A stretch of DNA of 64,000 nt, taken from the NCBI GenBank assembly GCA_965248265.1, contig CBDFJF010000002.1, forward strand, positions 704,001-768,000, written 5' to 3'. Positions within the stretch are counted from its first letter, which is position 1. Every line of letters begins with the position of its first letter. This DNA comes from Candidatus Latescibacterota bacterium. GTDB lineage: Bacteria > Latescibacterota > UBA2968 > UBA8231. The translations under genes and the position numbers were made by a program. Under the pieces are notes generated by a model. It was not told the origin of the DNA, did not search any database, and saw nothing but the letters and a program-made list of their open reading frames with translations. Shown here piece after piece: positions 56,072-64,000 of the stretch.

Positions 56072-56755
56072 ATGGTCGACGCAGCAGGCCAACAGACGAG
56101 TGATTGTGTTGTCGACAGGCCACGAGAGAGACTCCGGCGCTGTGGTCCGGAAGCGCTCAAGGATCACGAGCTGGTAGCCATACTACTGGGGACGGGATAC
56201 CGGGGCAACAGCGTGATCGATGTCGCCAGGTCGATCGTGGCTTCTCATCCAAAAGAAGAGCTGATGACCATGTCATTGCATAGGCTGGCCAAGCTAAAGG
56301 GTGTCGGACACGCCAAAGCGTGCATGTTCGTGGCGGCCTTCGAGCTGACTCGTCGCGGTCTGGAGAAGGGAATCGGTATCTTGCCGGTTATTTCCCGGCC
56401 GACCGATGTCGTGCCTTCGTTGTCAGACATAAAGGATCAACGCAAGGAGTACTTCGTGTGTCTGTTTCTCAACGCCCGCAACCAGGTTATTCACAAGGAA
56501 GTCGTGTCGATCGGCAGTCTCTGCGCATCCATCGTTCATCCCCGTGAAGTATTCCACGCTGCCGTTCACCACTCTGCGGCCAGTGTGATACTGGCGCACA
56601 ATCATCCATCGGGGGATGTTTCTCCCAGCAAAGCCGATATCGAATTGACGCGACGGCTCGTTGACGCGGGTGGCATCCTGGGCATCGACGTACTCGACCA
56701 CCTCATCGTCGCGGAGTCAGACTTCGTGAGCTTTAAGGAACGGGGATTGCTGTGA
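56072..56755 (+). CDS. radC: RadC / JAB-domain protein
   Basis: RPRERL...G...L.D.EL.AILL.TG, HhH motif, VHPREVF, HNHPSG...PS..D. Confidence 0.94.
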   Translation: MVDAAGQQTSDCVVDRPRERLRRCGPEALKDHELVAILLGTGYRGNSVIDVARSIVASHPKEELMTMSLHRLAKLKGVGHAKACMFVAAFELTRRGLEKGIGILPVISRPTDVVPSLSDIKDQRKEYFVCLFLNARNQVIHKEVVSIGSLCASIVHPREVFHAAVHHSAASVILAHNHPSGDVSPSKADIELTRRLVDAGGILGIDVLDHLIVAESDFVSFKERGLL

Positions 56756-56871
56756 CAGGGGCGCTTTGGCGCGCCTCAGTTTTACTTGATTAATGGAAGC
56801 TATGGGGTATATTTGAAACAGTGTTGGGCAGGGCGTTGTCTCTCATGCGTCCGACAATCCCAAAGACTGAC

Positions 56872-57606
56872 ATGCAGAGAAAAAAACCAAAAAAAGATCA
56901 CCTAATCCCGGTATCGGTGTGGCGAATTTATCCGTATCCCGATGTCACGCCACCCGAAACGTTCCTCGTCGTTCTTAAGGGTGAGGAGGACCGGTTCGTA
57001 CCCATCTCCATAGGCTTTCCCGAAGGCCAATACCTGGTTATGGCCATGCAGGACATGTCGTTTCCGAGGCCGCTGACCCACAATCTGATAAAGAACCTGC
57101 TTGAAAAAGTGCGAGGTGAGGTCCATCAGCTTGTCGTACACACGCTGAAGGACGAAACCTTCCACGCGTATCTTTTGATCCAGACGCAAGAGGAAGTGTT
57201 CTATCTGGACTGTCGACCCAGCGACGGCATGATTCTGGCAACACTCATGAACATCCCAATCTTCATGAGTCCGGAGGTCATGGAGGAAGCGGGCCGCGAG
57301 TTGAGTGGCATGCTCAACATGGCCGACTTGAGTCAGGAAATCGCGGCAGAGACGGAGGCTGGCGAGTCGGAGCCGCTGCCGGATGCAGCCCTGATCGAAG
57401 TCGAGGTCAAAGCGGAAGAAACTGAAGTGGTCGAGGTAGAGGAAGTGGCCAGCGGAGTCACGGATCGCGCCCCCGCGGATTGTGATCTGAGCGACTTGGA
57501 TTTATTGAAGGCACAGCTCGACAGACTCGTCGCCGAGGAAGCGTACGAGGAAGCCGCGCGTGTGAGAGATCAGATCATTCAGATGGAGGACGAATCTCCC
57601 AGCTGA
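56872..57606 (+). CDS. Bifunctional nuclease (DUF151) family protein with C-terminal UVR domain
   Basis: PI.IG..E, RPLTH.L, D.RPSD, E.YEEAA..RD.I. Start uncertain (56845 or 56872). Confidence 0.88.
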   Translation: MQRKKPKKDHLIPVSVWRIYPYPDVTPPETFLVVLKGEEDRFVPISIGFPEGQYLVMAMQDMSFPRPLTHNLIKNLLEKVRGEVHQLVVHTLKDETFHAYLLIQTQEEVFYLDCRPSDGMILATLMNIPIFMSPEVMEEAGRELSGMLNMADLSQEIAAETEAGESEPLPDAALIEVEVKAEETEVVEVEEVASGVTDRAPADCDLSDLDLLKAQLDRLVAEEAYEEAARVRDQIIQMEDESPS

Positions 57607-57611
57607 TTGCT

Positions 57612-57692
57612 TCCCAACTGTCATTTCCAAACTGTTCATCTCCAAACTGTTCATCTCCAAACTGTTCATCTCCAAACTGTTCATCTCCAAAC
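57612..57692 (+). repeat. 15-bp tandem repeat TCCAAACTGTTCATC: 4 perfect copies (57626-57685) plus degenerate/partial flanks
   Basis: Read directly; no spacers between units. Confidence 0.95.
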
Positions 57693-57712
57693 CGGACGAA
57701 CGGTGCATTTCC

Positions 57713-57743
57713 CCTCGGAGCGAGAAAGCCCCGAGGTTTTTTT
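57713..57743 (+). terminator. Intrinsic terminator
   Basis: CCTCGG...CCGAGG stem followed by TTTTTTT. Confidence 0.75.
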
Positions 57744-57821
57744 GTTGTTTTTCGTACGGTTACAGCACTCCTGCGAGATTGGCGCAGGCTTAATACCCAT
57801 ACACAACAGGAGTAACACAAC

Positions 57822-58271
57822 ATGCGCTCGCTATTCGTTCCACTGTTGTTGGCGACAGTATGGTGCGCGACGGACGTATCCGCCCACTGTGAGATACCCT
57901 GCGGCATCTACGGTGACGATGCCCGTTTCGCAAGTATTCTCGAGGACATCGAGACGATCCAAAAGGCGATGACTCAGATAGACAAACTCTCAGACAGCAC
58001 GAACAATATCAATCAGCTGACCCGGTGGGTGAACAATAAAGAAACCCACGCGAACCATGTACAGGAGGTCGTCACGCAGTATTTCATGACGCAACGAGTC
58101 AAGCTGCCGGATTTCACCGATGAAGCTGCGGTTACTTCATACCGCGACAAGGTGGCGCTGCTGCATCAGATGCTCGTCTACGCGATGAAGTGCAAGCAGA
58201 CGACCGATCCTGCCAACGCTGAGCGGTTGCATGAGTTGACTCATCTTTTCAAGAAAGCGTATACGAATTAA
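57822..58271 (+). CDS. sodN: Nickel superoxide dismutase precursor with Sec-type signal peptide
   Basis: Ni-hook HCEIPCGIY directly after VSA; NQ..RW..NKE.HA, YF..QR, K.KQ. AGGAG RBS. Confidence 0.92.
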   Translation: MRSLFVPLLLATVWCATDVSAHCEIPCGIYGDDARFASILEDIETIQKAMTQIDKLSDSTNNINQLTRWVNNKETHANHVQEVVTQYFMTQRVKLPDFTDEAAVTSYRDKVALLHQMLVYAMKCKQTTDPANAERLHELTHLFKKAYTN

Positions 58272-58470
58272 TCACTGCGTGATTACTCCGCACACGCTTT
58301 TCGGAGTTGGCCAAAAAGCAAACTCCTGGAAGGTGTTCCTGCGTGCAGAAGAAGAGGTTCGGGCCCCGACTAACAGCACACAGGGTGGCAAGCGTCCAAT
58401 GAATCTTGCTTTCGCGGCAACAAACCCGTTGCGGGCAACGCGGCGCGTGCGACTGCCGTTTTGGAAGCTA

Positions 58471-59406
58471 CTAGAACGTGCTGTTCAGGGAGATGCGGTG
58501 GACGTCGCCGAGGGCGGGGAATGAGGTGAAGGCGTAGTCTACGTGATAGCGCTGCATGGCAACGCCGGCGCCGGCTGTCAGGCCTATGGTCTCCTCACCG
58601 TCCAGTCCGGTCTGTTGCATGCTGTACCCGGGTCTCACGAGCAGACCTTTGCCGAGGTTGAGTTCAGCGCCGAAAGTCAGGTAGGCGTCGTTGTCATTGG
58701 GAACGTTGAGGTCAGCCAGCACTGTCATGGGCACAGGTGCGTGAGCGGGTTGATGGCTGAGGCCTACTTTGAACAACACGGGCAGGGAATCCTCGAAGGA
58801 GTCCGTAAAGCCACTTCGCACAGTGCCGACGTTGGCGAGTGAGGCTCCCAGCGTCATGCCGTCAATTGGGCCCGACGCCAGCACACCCAGGTCGATGGCG
58901 TAGGCGTCTGACGTGTAGTCGTCGATGCTGGAGTAGATGGCTTTGAAGCTGACTCCCATTGTCAGGCGGCGCTGCCATACCTTTTGCGCGGCCGTGATCT
59001 GGGCGGCCATGTCGAACGCTCCGAAGGTGCCCGTGGGGTTGCCTTTATCATTCGTGCCTTGCAGCTCGCCGTGAGTGAAATAGTTGACGCTGGCACCCCA
59101 GACGCGGTCCTGGCCGGGAAAAGCCAGGCTGATGAATCCCGCCTCCGTATCGACTAAATAGCTAGTCAGTGACAGAGAGGCGCTGCGCTCGCTGAGGCCA
59201 AAGAGGCTGGCGGGATTCGACGCTGCCGCCTCCAGGTCTCCAGACAGAGCCGTATTGGCGCCGCCCAATGCAGCCGTGCGGGCTCCGACGCCGATCTTCA
59301 GAAAATTGAATCCAGTAGTACCGGCGCTGCTGTTGATCGCCGGGGTGCTCTGCGCGGACGCCAACAGCAGGGCGATCGCGACCAATCTGATTCTCGAACC
59401 GAACAT
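58471..59406 (-). CDS. PorV/PorQ (UPF0164)-family outer-membrane beta-barrel protein
   Basis: FL.IGVGAR..ALG.A, NPA.L, G..TG.F...D, D.G, DYAF......LG..HR.SL...F. Confidence 0.85.
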   Translation of the reverse strand: MFGSRIRLVAIALLLASAQSTPAINSSAGTTGFNFLKIGVGARTAALGGANTALSGDLEAAASNPASLFGLSERSASLSLTSYLVDTEAGFISLAFPGQDRVWGASVNYFTHGELQGTNDKGNPTGTFGAFDMAAQITAAQKVWQRRLTMGVSFKAIYSSIDDYTSDAYAIDLGVLASGPIDGMTLGASLANVGTVRSGFTDSFEDSLPVLFKVGLSHQPAHAPVPMTVLADLNVPNDNDAYLTFGAELNLGKGLLVRPGYSMQQTGLDGEETIGLTAGAGVAMQRYHVDYAFTSFPALGDVHRISLNSTF

Positions 59407-59484
59407 GCTCTTCTCTTGCCTTTCGTCTGATTGTCAGGCCCATGGTCGAGGCCACGACAGACGGTCGCGCAGCGACCGGGGTGA

Positions 59485-60939
59485 TCAATTCGGGGACAGT
59501 CCTTCCAGGACGTGTGCCGCTCGCAACAGTCCTGCTTCTTCGAACGGAGGCGCCAGAAGTTGCGCGCCGATCGGGAGTCCCTGCGAGCTGGTCGCCACTG
59601 GCACCGAAATACCGGGAAGTCCCGCGAGGTTGACCGCAACAGTATAGACATCGTTAAGGTACATCTGCAACGGGTCATCGACCTGCTCGCCGATCTTGAA
59701 CGCCGTCGTCGGCGCCACCGGTGATAGCAGAAAATCACAGCGTTCGTAGGCGCGCTCGAAGTCCTGCCGAATCAGGGTCCGGACTTTCTGCGCCTTAAGG
59801 TAGTAGGCATCGTAGTAGCCGGCACTCAGCACATAGGTGCCCAACATGATGCGACGCTTGACCTCCTCGCCGAAGCCCTGGCTTCGAGTCAACCGGTACA
59901 TTTCCTGCAGATCCGATTTGCCCTTACCTGCCCTGAAAGCATAGCGGACCCCATCGTAGCGTGCCAGATTGGCCGAGGCTTCCCCCATGGCCACTATGTA
60001 GTAGGCACCGACGCAATAATCGGGATCGGCAGCTACCGGTAGTGATATGTCGGAGACCATGATGGCACCGGACGATTCAAGATGACGGGCCGCAGCCTCT
60101 ACGGCAGTCCGAATCTCCGGATCCAAACCAGCGCCGAAGTACTCCGGTGCAATGCCTATTCTAAGACCCTCGACTCCGGCATCGAGTTTCTCAAAATAAT
60201 CGGGCTTGGTGATGTCGGCGGACGTCGCATCACGGGTGTCTCTGCCGGCGATCGCATCTAGAAGCAGTGCCGCGTCTTCCACGTCCTTGGTCACCGGACC
60301 GATCTGGTCGAGAGAGGATGCGTAGGCGACCAGGCCGTACCGTGAAACCCGCCCGTAGGTCGGTTTCAACCCGACTACGCCACAGTAACCCGCCGGTTGG
60401 CGTACGGATCCCCCCGTGTCTGAGCCAAGCGCCAGAATGGTTTCGTGTGCGGCCACGGCGGCGGCGGATCCGCCACTTGAGCCGCCCGGCACACATTCGC
60501 CGTTCACCGGGTTGCGGGTCGGTCCGAAGTAGGAGTTCTCGTTGGACGATCCCATGGCGAACTCGTCCATGTTGGTTTTGCCCAGCAACACGGCGTCCGC
60601 CAGCCGCATGTGCTCGATCACCGTGGCGTCGTAGGGAGGGTTGTAGTCATTGAGAATCCGCGAGCCGCAGGTGGTCGTGCTGCCTCGGACACAGATCAGG
60701 TCCTTTACGGCGACTGGGATTCCGGCCAGCGCGCCCAGTGGCTCCCCGCGAACGCGTTTTTCGTCAATGGCTTCGGCCTGTCGCAAGGCATCATCAGCAT
60801 CGACGCTGATGAACGCGTTGATCTCAGGCTCGCGCTCGTCGATCGTGTCCAGCGCAGCTTGTGTGACTTCGCGGGCACTCGTTTCCCCGGCCGCCAGCAT
60901 CGGAAGCAGTTCGTGAGCAGTGAGATGACTGAGAGACAT
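59485..60939 (-). CDS. gatA: Asp-tRNA(Asn)/Glu-tRNA(Gln) amidotransferase subunit A
   Basis: GKTNMDEFAMGSS, PGGSSGGSA, GSDTGGSVRQPA, EVKRRIMLGTYVLSAGYYDAYY. Confidence 0.97.
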   Translation of the reverse strand: MSLSHLTAHELLPMLAAGETSAREVTQAALDTIDEREPEINAFISVDADDALRQAEAIDEKRVRGEPLGALAGIPVAVKDLICVRGSTTTCGSRILNDYNPPYDATVIEHMRLADAVLLGKTNMDEFAMGSSNENSYFGPTRNPVNGECVPGGSSGGSAAAVAAHETILALGSDTGGSVRQPAGYCGVVGLKPTYGRVSRYGLVAYASSLDQIGPVTKDVEDAALLLDAIAGRDTRDATSADITKPDYFEKLDAGVEGLRIGIAPEYFGAGLDPEIRTAVEAAARHLESSGAIMVSDISLPVAADPDYCVGAYYIVAMGEASANLARYDGVRYAFRAGKGKSDLQEMYRLTRSQGFGEEVKRRIMLGTYVLSAGYYDAYYLKAQKVRTLIRQDFERAYERCDFLLSPVAPTTAFKIGEQVDDPLQMYLNDVYTVAVNLAGLPGISVPVATSSQGLPIGAQLLAPPFEEAGLLRAAHVLEGLSPN

Positions 60940-60960
60940 GCAGGAGCGGATACCTAGACA

Positions 60961-61260
60961 CTAGCTCTTCGAGGTCTCATCGCTCGCGGAATCGCCGGAG
61001 GCCGGGGGGGGCGTCGTCGTGGTAGGCGGAGGGGGTGATGGAGCCGGCGTCTGGTTGGCGACGGTTCCGCCGATCGAGGGTCCCTTGTCAGCGCTCGTTG
61101 GCGAGATGTCAACTTCCTCCTGCACGTCGCGCATCGCCTTGCGAAACTCCTTGATCCCTTTGCCCAATCCCTGCGCCATCTCGGGAATGCGCCTGGCACC
61201 GAAGAGCAGGAGAACCACCAGGAAAATAAGCAGGAGTTCCCATTGACCTAGGCCGAACAT
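60961..61260 (-). CDS. tatA: Twin-arginine translocase TatA/TatE subunit
   Basis: MFGLG.WELL.I..V.LLLFG..R.P.....LG.GI.EF.KA. GGAGG RBS. Confidence 0.95.
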   Translation of the reverse strand: MFGLGQWELLLIFLVVLLLFGARRIPEMAQGLGKGIKEFRKAMRDVQEEVDISPTSADKGPSIGGTVANQTPAPSPPPPTTTTPPPASGDSASDETSKS

Positions 61261-61280
61261 GACTACCTCCTACGCATGTA

Positions 61281-61559
61281 CTAGTATGAATACTTGAAGT
61301 AGTACCAACCGACGAAAATACCCAGCAAGGTGATGACGTTGAAGTGCAAAGAGAGCTCAAACGAGAGCGAAAGAATGATCAGGTTCAGGGCGTGAGGGCC
61401 GATGGGATAGGTAACATAGTCGAGAAGGGCTCTCTCCACGATGCTGCCGCCGCCGGCGACAAAATGTAGCACTATGCGCAACGCCTCGCCGATGATGTTG
61501 GCACCGAGGACGCTGATGAACAGTATGACAACCAGGTGGCTGACTCGTTTCTCAGTCAT
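61281..61559 (-). CDS. Small membrane protein (DUF4321-like)
   Basis: G..IG..L, P..L.L.IL...F.L...FN...LLG pattern; inside the operon. Confidence 0.6.
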   Translation of the reverse strand: MTEKRVSHLVVILFISVLGANIIGEALRIVLHFVAGGGSIVERALLDYVTYPIGPHALNLIILSLSFELSLHFNVITLLGIFVGWYYFKYSY

Positions 61560-61579
61560 TCAGCGACCCTTGGAAGGGA

Positions 61580-62293
61580 TCAAGCGTGCTGCGTCACTTC
61601 GTCGCTGAAGATACCCCAGACGCGACGATAGATCCCCATCAGGAGGTAACTGAGTACGAGGGGAAAAAAAAGCTGTTTCGAGGTTGCTGGCAGGCAGATT
61701 AGCACGATGCTTCCAAGGAAGTACACCTGTTTGATCCGATCCGTAAGGGCCGTCGACCGAAAGTTGGGCACCGGATCATACTCGATTCTGCTGACCATGA
61801 GATAGGACAGAAACAGCACCATGGCGACGGCCAGTGTGGCGGCGTGCTCGCTGGACCATGCGGTCTCGGTGAAGACGACGTATTGACTGAGGGCTATCGC
61901 TGCCATCGGGATCGGCAATCCGGCAAAGAATTCGCCTTTTTCGCCATCCTGGCTCAGGATGTTGTAGCGGGCAAGGCGAAAAGCACCAGCCAGCAGGAAC
62001 ACGAACGCGATCGTCGAACCCCAACCGGTGTCGAAGAGACTGCGGTAGACCATCACCGCCGGCACCACACCGAAGGTGCACACATCGACCAGCGAATCGA
62101 TTTCGACACCGAAGCGTGAGTCCTTGCCCACCAACCTGGCGATGCGTCCATCCATGTTGTCGAGACACGCGCCGAGTACGATGAGCCAGGCCGCGGGCAC
62201 GTAGTTGCCTTCGATGACGTAGCGCAAGGCCCAGAACCCGCAAAACAGATTGCCGACCGTGAACACACTAGGCAGAATCGCCCTGTACCTCAT
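61580..62293 (-). CDS. pssA: CDP-diacylglycerol--serine O-phosphatidyltransferase
   Basis: P..FT.GNLFCGF, D..DG..AR, FG..DSL.D...FGV.PA, RLAR.N, F.GLP.P. Adjacent to psd. Confidence 0.94.
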   Translation of the reverse strand: MRYRAILPSVFTVGNLFCGFWALRYVIEGNYVPAAWLIVLGACLDNMDGRIARLVGKDSRFGVEIDSLVDVCTFGVVPAVMVYRSLFDTGWGSTIAFVFLLAGAFRLARYNILSQDGEKGEFFAGLPIPMAAIALSQYVVFTETAWSSEHAATLAVAMVLFLSYLMVSRIEYDPVPNFRSTALTDRIKQVYFLGSIVLICLPATSKQLFFPLVLSYLLMGIYRRVWGIFSDEVTQHA

Positions 62294-62934
62294 CCCTTAT
62301 GCACTCCGATTACAGTTTCGCCCGCTCGTACACGCTGGCCCAGTTGCACCTGCAACTCGGTCTGCGACGGCAGTATGTGGTCAACACGTGATCCAAAGCG
62401 GATCAATCCGAAGCGCTCGCCCAGGAGCACGCGGTCGCCAACACTAAGATAACAGCAAATGCGCCGGGCGAGGATACCGACGATCTGCTTGACCACCAGC
62501 CTGGTAGAATCACTGCTGATGGCGATGACACTCTGCTCATTCGTCGTCGAGGCAATCGACGAGTAAGCGACCCCGAAGGCCCCGCTTCGACGCTCGACAT
62601 GGTCTACACTCCCCGCGATCGGTATTCGATTGACGTGAACATCGAAAATCGACAGGAAAATGCTAACTCTGACAGCCGGAGCTGCCAGGTCCTCGTCTTT
62701 CTCCAACTGGTCGATGGCCACGACTCGGCCGTCAGCAGCAGAGATGATGGCGCCCGGGAGGTCAGGAGCCGTCCTCTCGGGATCGCGAAAGAAGTAAACG
62801 ACAAAACCGGTCAACAACGCCAGCGCAACTGATGGATAGAGGAACAAGGAAGAGAGGTATTGAGAGGCCATCCAGGCCAGCGCCGTTAGCAGAATTCCGG
62901 CTCCGATGAACGGAAATCCCTCACGCGCGATCAA
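62290..62934 (-). CDS. psd: Phosphatidylserine decarboxylase proenzyme
   Basis: FFRDPER, S.ADG.V, SIFLS.FDVHVNR.P, FGSRVD self-cleavage site. TTG start overlaps the htrA stop (alternative GTG at 62940). Confidence 0.94.
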   Translation of the reverse strand: MIAREGFPFIGAGILLTALAWMASQYLSSLFLYPSVALALLTGFVVYFFRDPERTAPDLPGAIISAADGRVVAIDQLEKDEDLAAPAVRVSIFLSIFDVHVNRIPIAGSVDHVERRSGAFGVAYSSIASTTNEQSVIAISSDSTRLVVKQIVGILARRICCYLSVGDRVLLGERFGLIRFGSRVDHILPSQTELQVQLGQRVRAGETVIGVHKG

Positions 62935-64000
62935 TACCACCTCTGCCGTTGGACCTCTTCAAGAACGAACGAGACCGATTGACGCTTGCCATCGCGATAC
63001 AGATCAAGCGCGCAGGTCTCGCCCACTCGTAGAGCCTCCAGTATTCCTTTGACTTCCTGTGCACTGCGAGCGACTTCACCGTTGATGCCGACGATGACGT
63101 CCAGGCGATCGACTCCTGCCAGGTAAGCGGGACTGTCGACGCTCACTTGAACCACGATGGCACCACTCGCATCCGGGAGCTCCAGGTACTCCGCCTGAGG
63201 GCGCGTGATATCACGGATTTCCGCGATTCCCGTCCAACCCTGACGGACCCGGCCGTGGGTGCTGATCTCATCCAGAAACTTCTTGCCGGCATCGATCGGA
63301 ATGGCGAACCCGACACCTGCTGACCCTATGCTCTCGTCGCCGGTAATGATGAAACTGTTTATGCCGATGACTTCGCCCAATGCATTGACCAGCGGCCCAC
63401 CGCTGTTACCATGGTTTATGGCGGCGTCCGTCTGGATCATGTCCCGGTAAAAGTACTTGCCCTGAGGCTCCCCGAAATCCCTGTCTATCCCACTGATAAT
63501 ACCGATACTTGGGGATGTACCAAGGGCGAACGGATTACCGATGGCGATGGCCCATTCACCGACCAAAATATCGCCGGATTGACCAAGAGGCGCAACCGGA
63601 AGGTCCTCGGCCTCCACCTTGAGGATGGCCAGGTCAATGACGTGGTCGGAAGCCACATGCTTGGCCTCGAGCCGGCGCCCATCAGGGAGCGAAATTTCCA
63701 GGCGCTGAATGCGCCGGACCTTGCCGACAACGTGGTCGTTGGTCAGGATGTGGCCGTCTTTTGAAACAACCAGGCCCGAACCGGTGGAAACGCGGTCCCG
63801 CTCTCCTCTGAGTAACTGGGATCCGAATGGCGACATCGGGAAAAAGAGCTCGAACATGGGATCGCGGTAACGGTACACGACACGTTCGCGGTGGGTGGCG
63901 AGAATGGAGACGACGGACGGCGTCACGCGTTCGATGGCACGCACCACCGCTGTCCTTCTCGAAGAGGAGATATCGTCTGCCGGCAGGATCGCGGGAACAA
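62931..64000 (-). CDS. HtrA/DegP-like trypsin serine protease with PDZ domain (5' end outside window)
   Basis: GSG.VV..DG.ILTN.HVV, DLA.LK, IQTDAAIN.GNSGGPL, SPA..AG PDZ motif. Confidence 0.94.
   Translation of the reverse strand, partial: VPAILPADDISSSRRTAVVRAIERVTPSVVSILATHRERVVYRYRDPMFELFFPMSPFGSQLLRGERDRVSTGSGLVVSKDGHILTNDHVVGKVRRIQRLEISLPDGRRLEAKHVASDHVIDLAILKVEAEDLPVAPLGQSGDILVGEWAIAIGNPFALGTSPSIGIISGIDRDFGEPQGKYFYRDMIQTDAAINHGNSGGPLVNALGEVIGINSFIITGDESIGSAGVGFAIPIDAGKKFLDEISTHGRVRQGWTGIAEIRDITRPQAEYLELPDASGAIVVQVSVDSPAYLAGVDRLDVIVGINGEVARSAQEVKGILEALRVGETCALDLYRDGKRQSVSFVLEEVQRQRWY

Noticed and set aside
56072-56755. radC as a mobile-element marker
   Set aside because: Full-length chromosomal type with N-terminal and HhH regions, flanked by core genes.
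57612-57692. Possible CRISPR array
   Set aside because: Units are 15 bp, head-to-tail, with no unique spacers and no cas genes. It is a simple tandem repeat.

Overview
GC-rich, gene-dense bacterial chromosomal segment with about 60 CDS and 2 tRNAs. I see no CRISPR array, IS element or prophage. A PorV/PorQ-like barrel, a DUF6785/6784-like membrane protein and an orphan FliG suggest an FCB-related candidate-phylum organism such as Latescibacterota; this is inference, not a database result. Core blocks are TPR-exbB-exbD-exbD-tonB, nrdR-nrdJ (with NrdR boxes), map, topA-xerC-like-hslV-hslU, thyA-pheA, tRNA-Cys and tRNA-Leu, a MacAB-type exporter, ppx, manA-manC, lnt-tatC, radC, sodN and htrA-psd-pssA-tatA-gatA-porV. 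Four things stand out. (1) At 26.7-32.6 kb a signalling cluster fuses a GAF-PAS-class III adenylate cyclase to an RsbW-type anti-sigma kinase, next to a second RsbW, a STAS protein, a PilZ protein, a GAF histidine kinase/receiver pair and a cNMP-binding protein, with no PP2C phosphatase or sigma factor. (2) At 40.8-43.9 kb an operon encodes an ECF sigma, a membrane anti-sigma and an exported caspase fused to a beta-barrel; the anti-sigma and caspase share an R-x-K-G motif. (3) The XerC homologue has lost most catalytic residues, including the tyrosine nucleophile, yet keeps an intact ORF. (4) An orphan fliG and an operon of FlgT-C-like proteins both sit behind sigma28-like promoters. All protein assignments come from motif recognition by eye, not from database searches.
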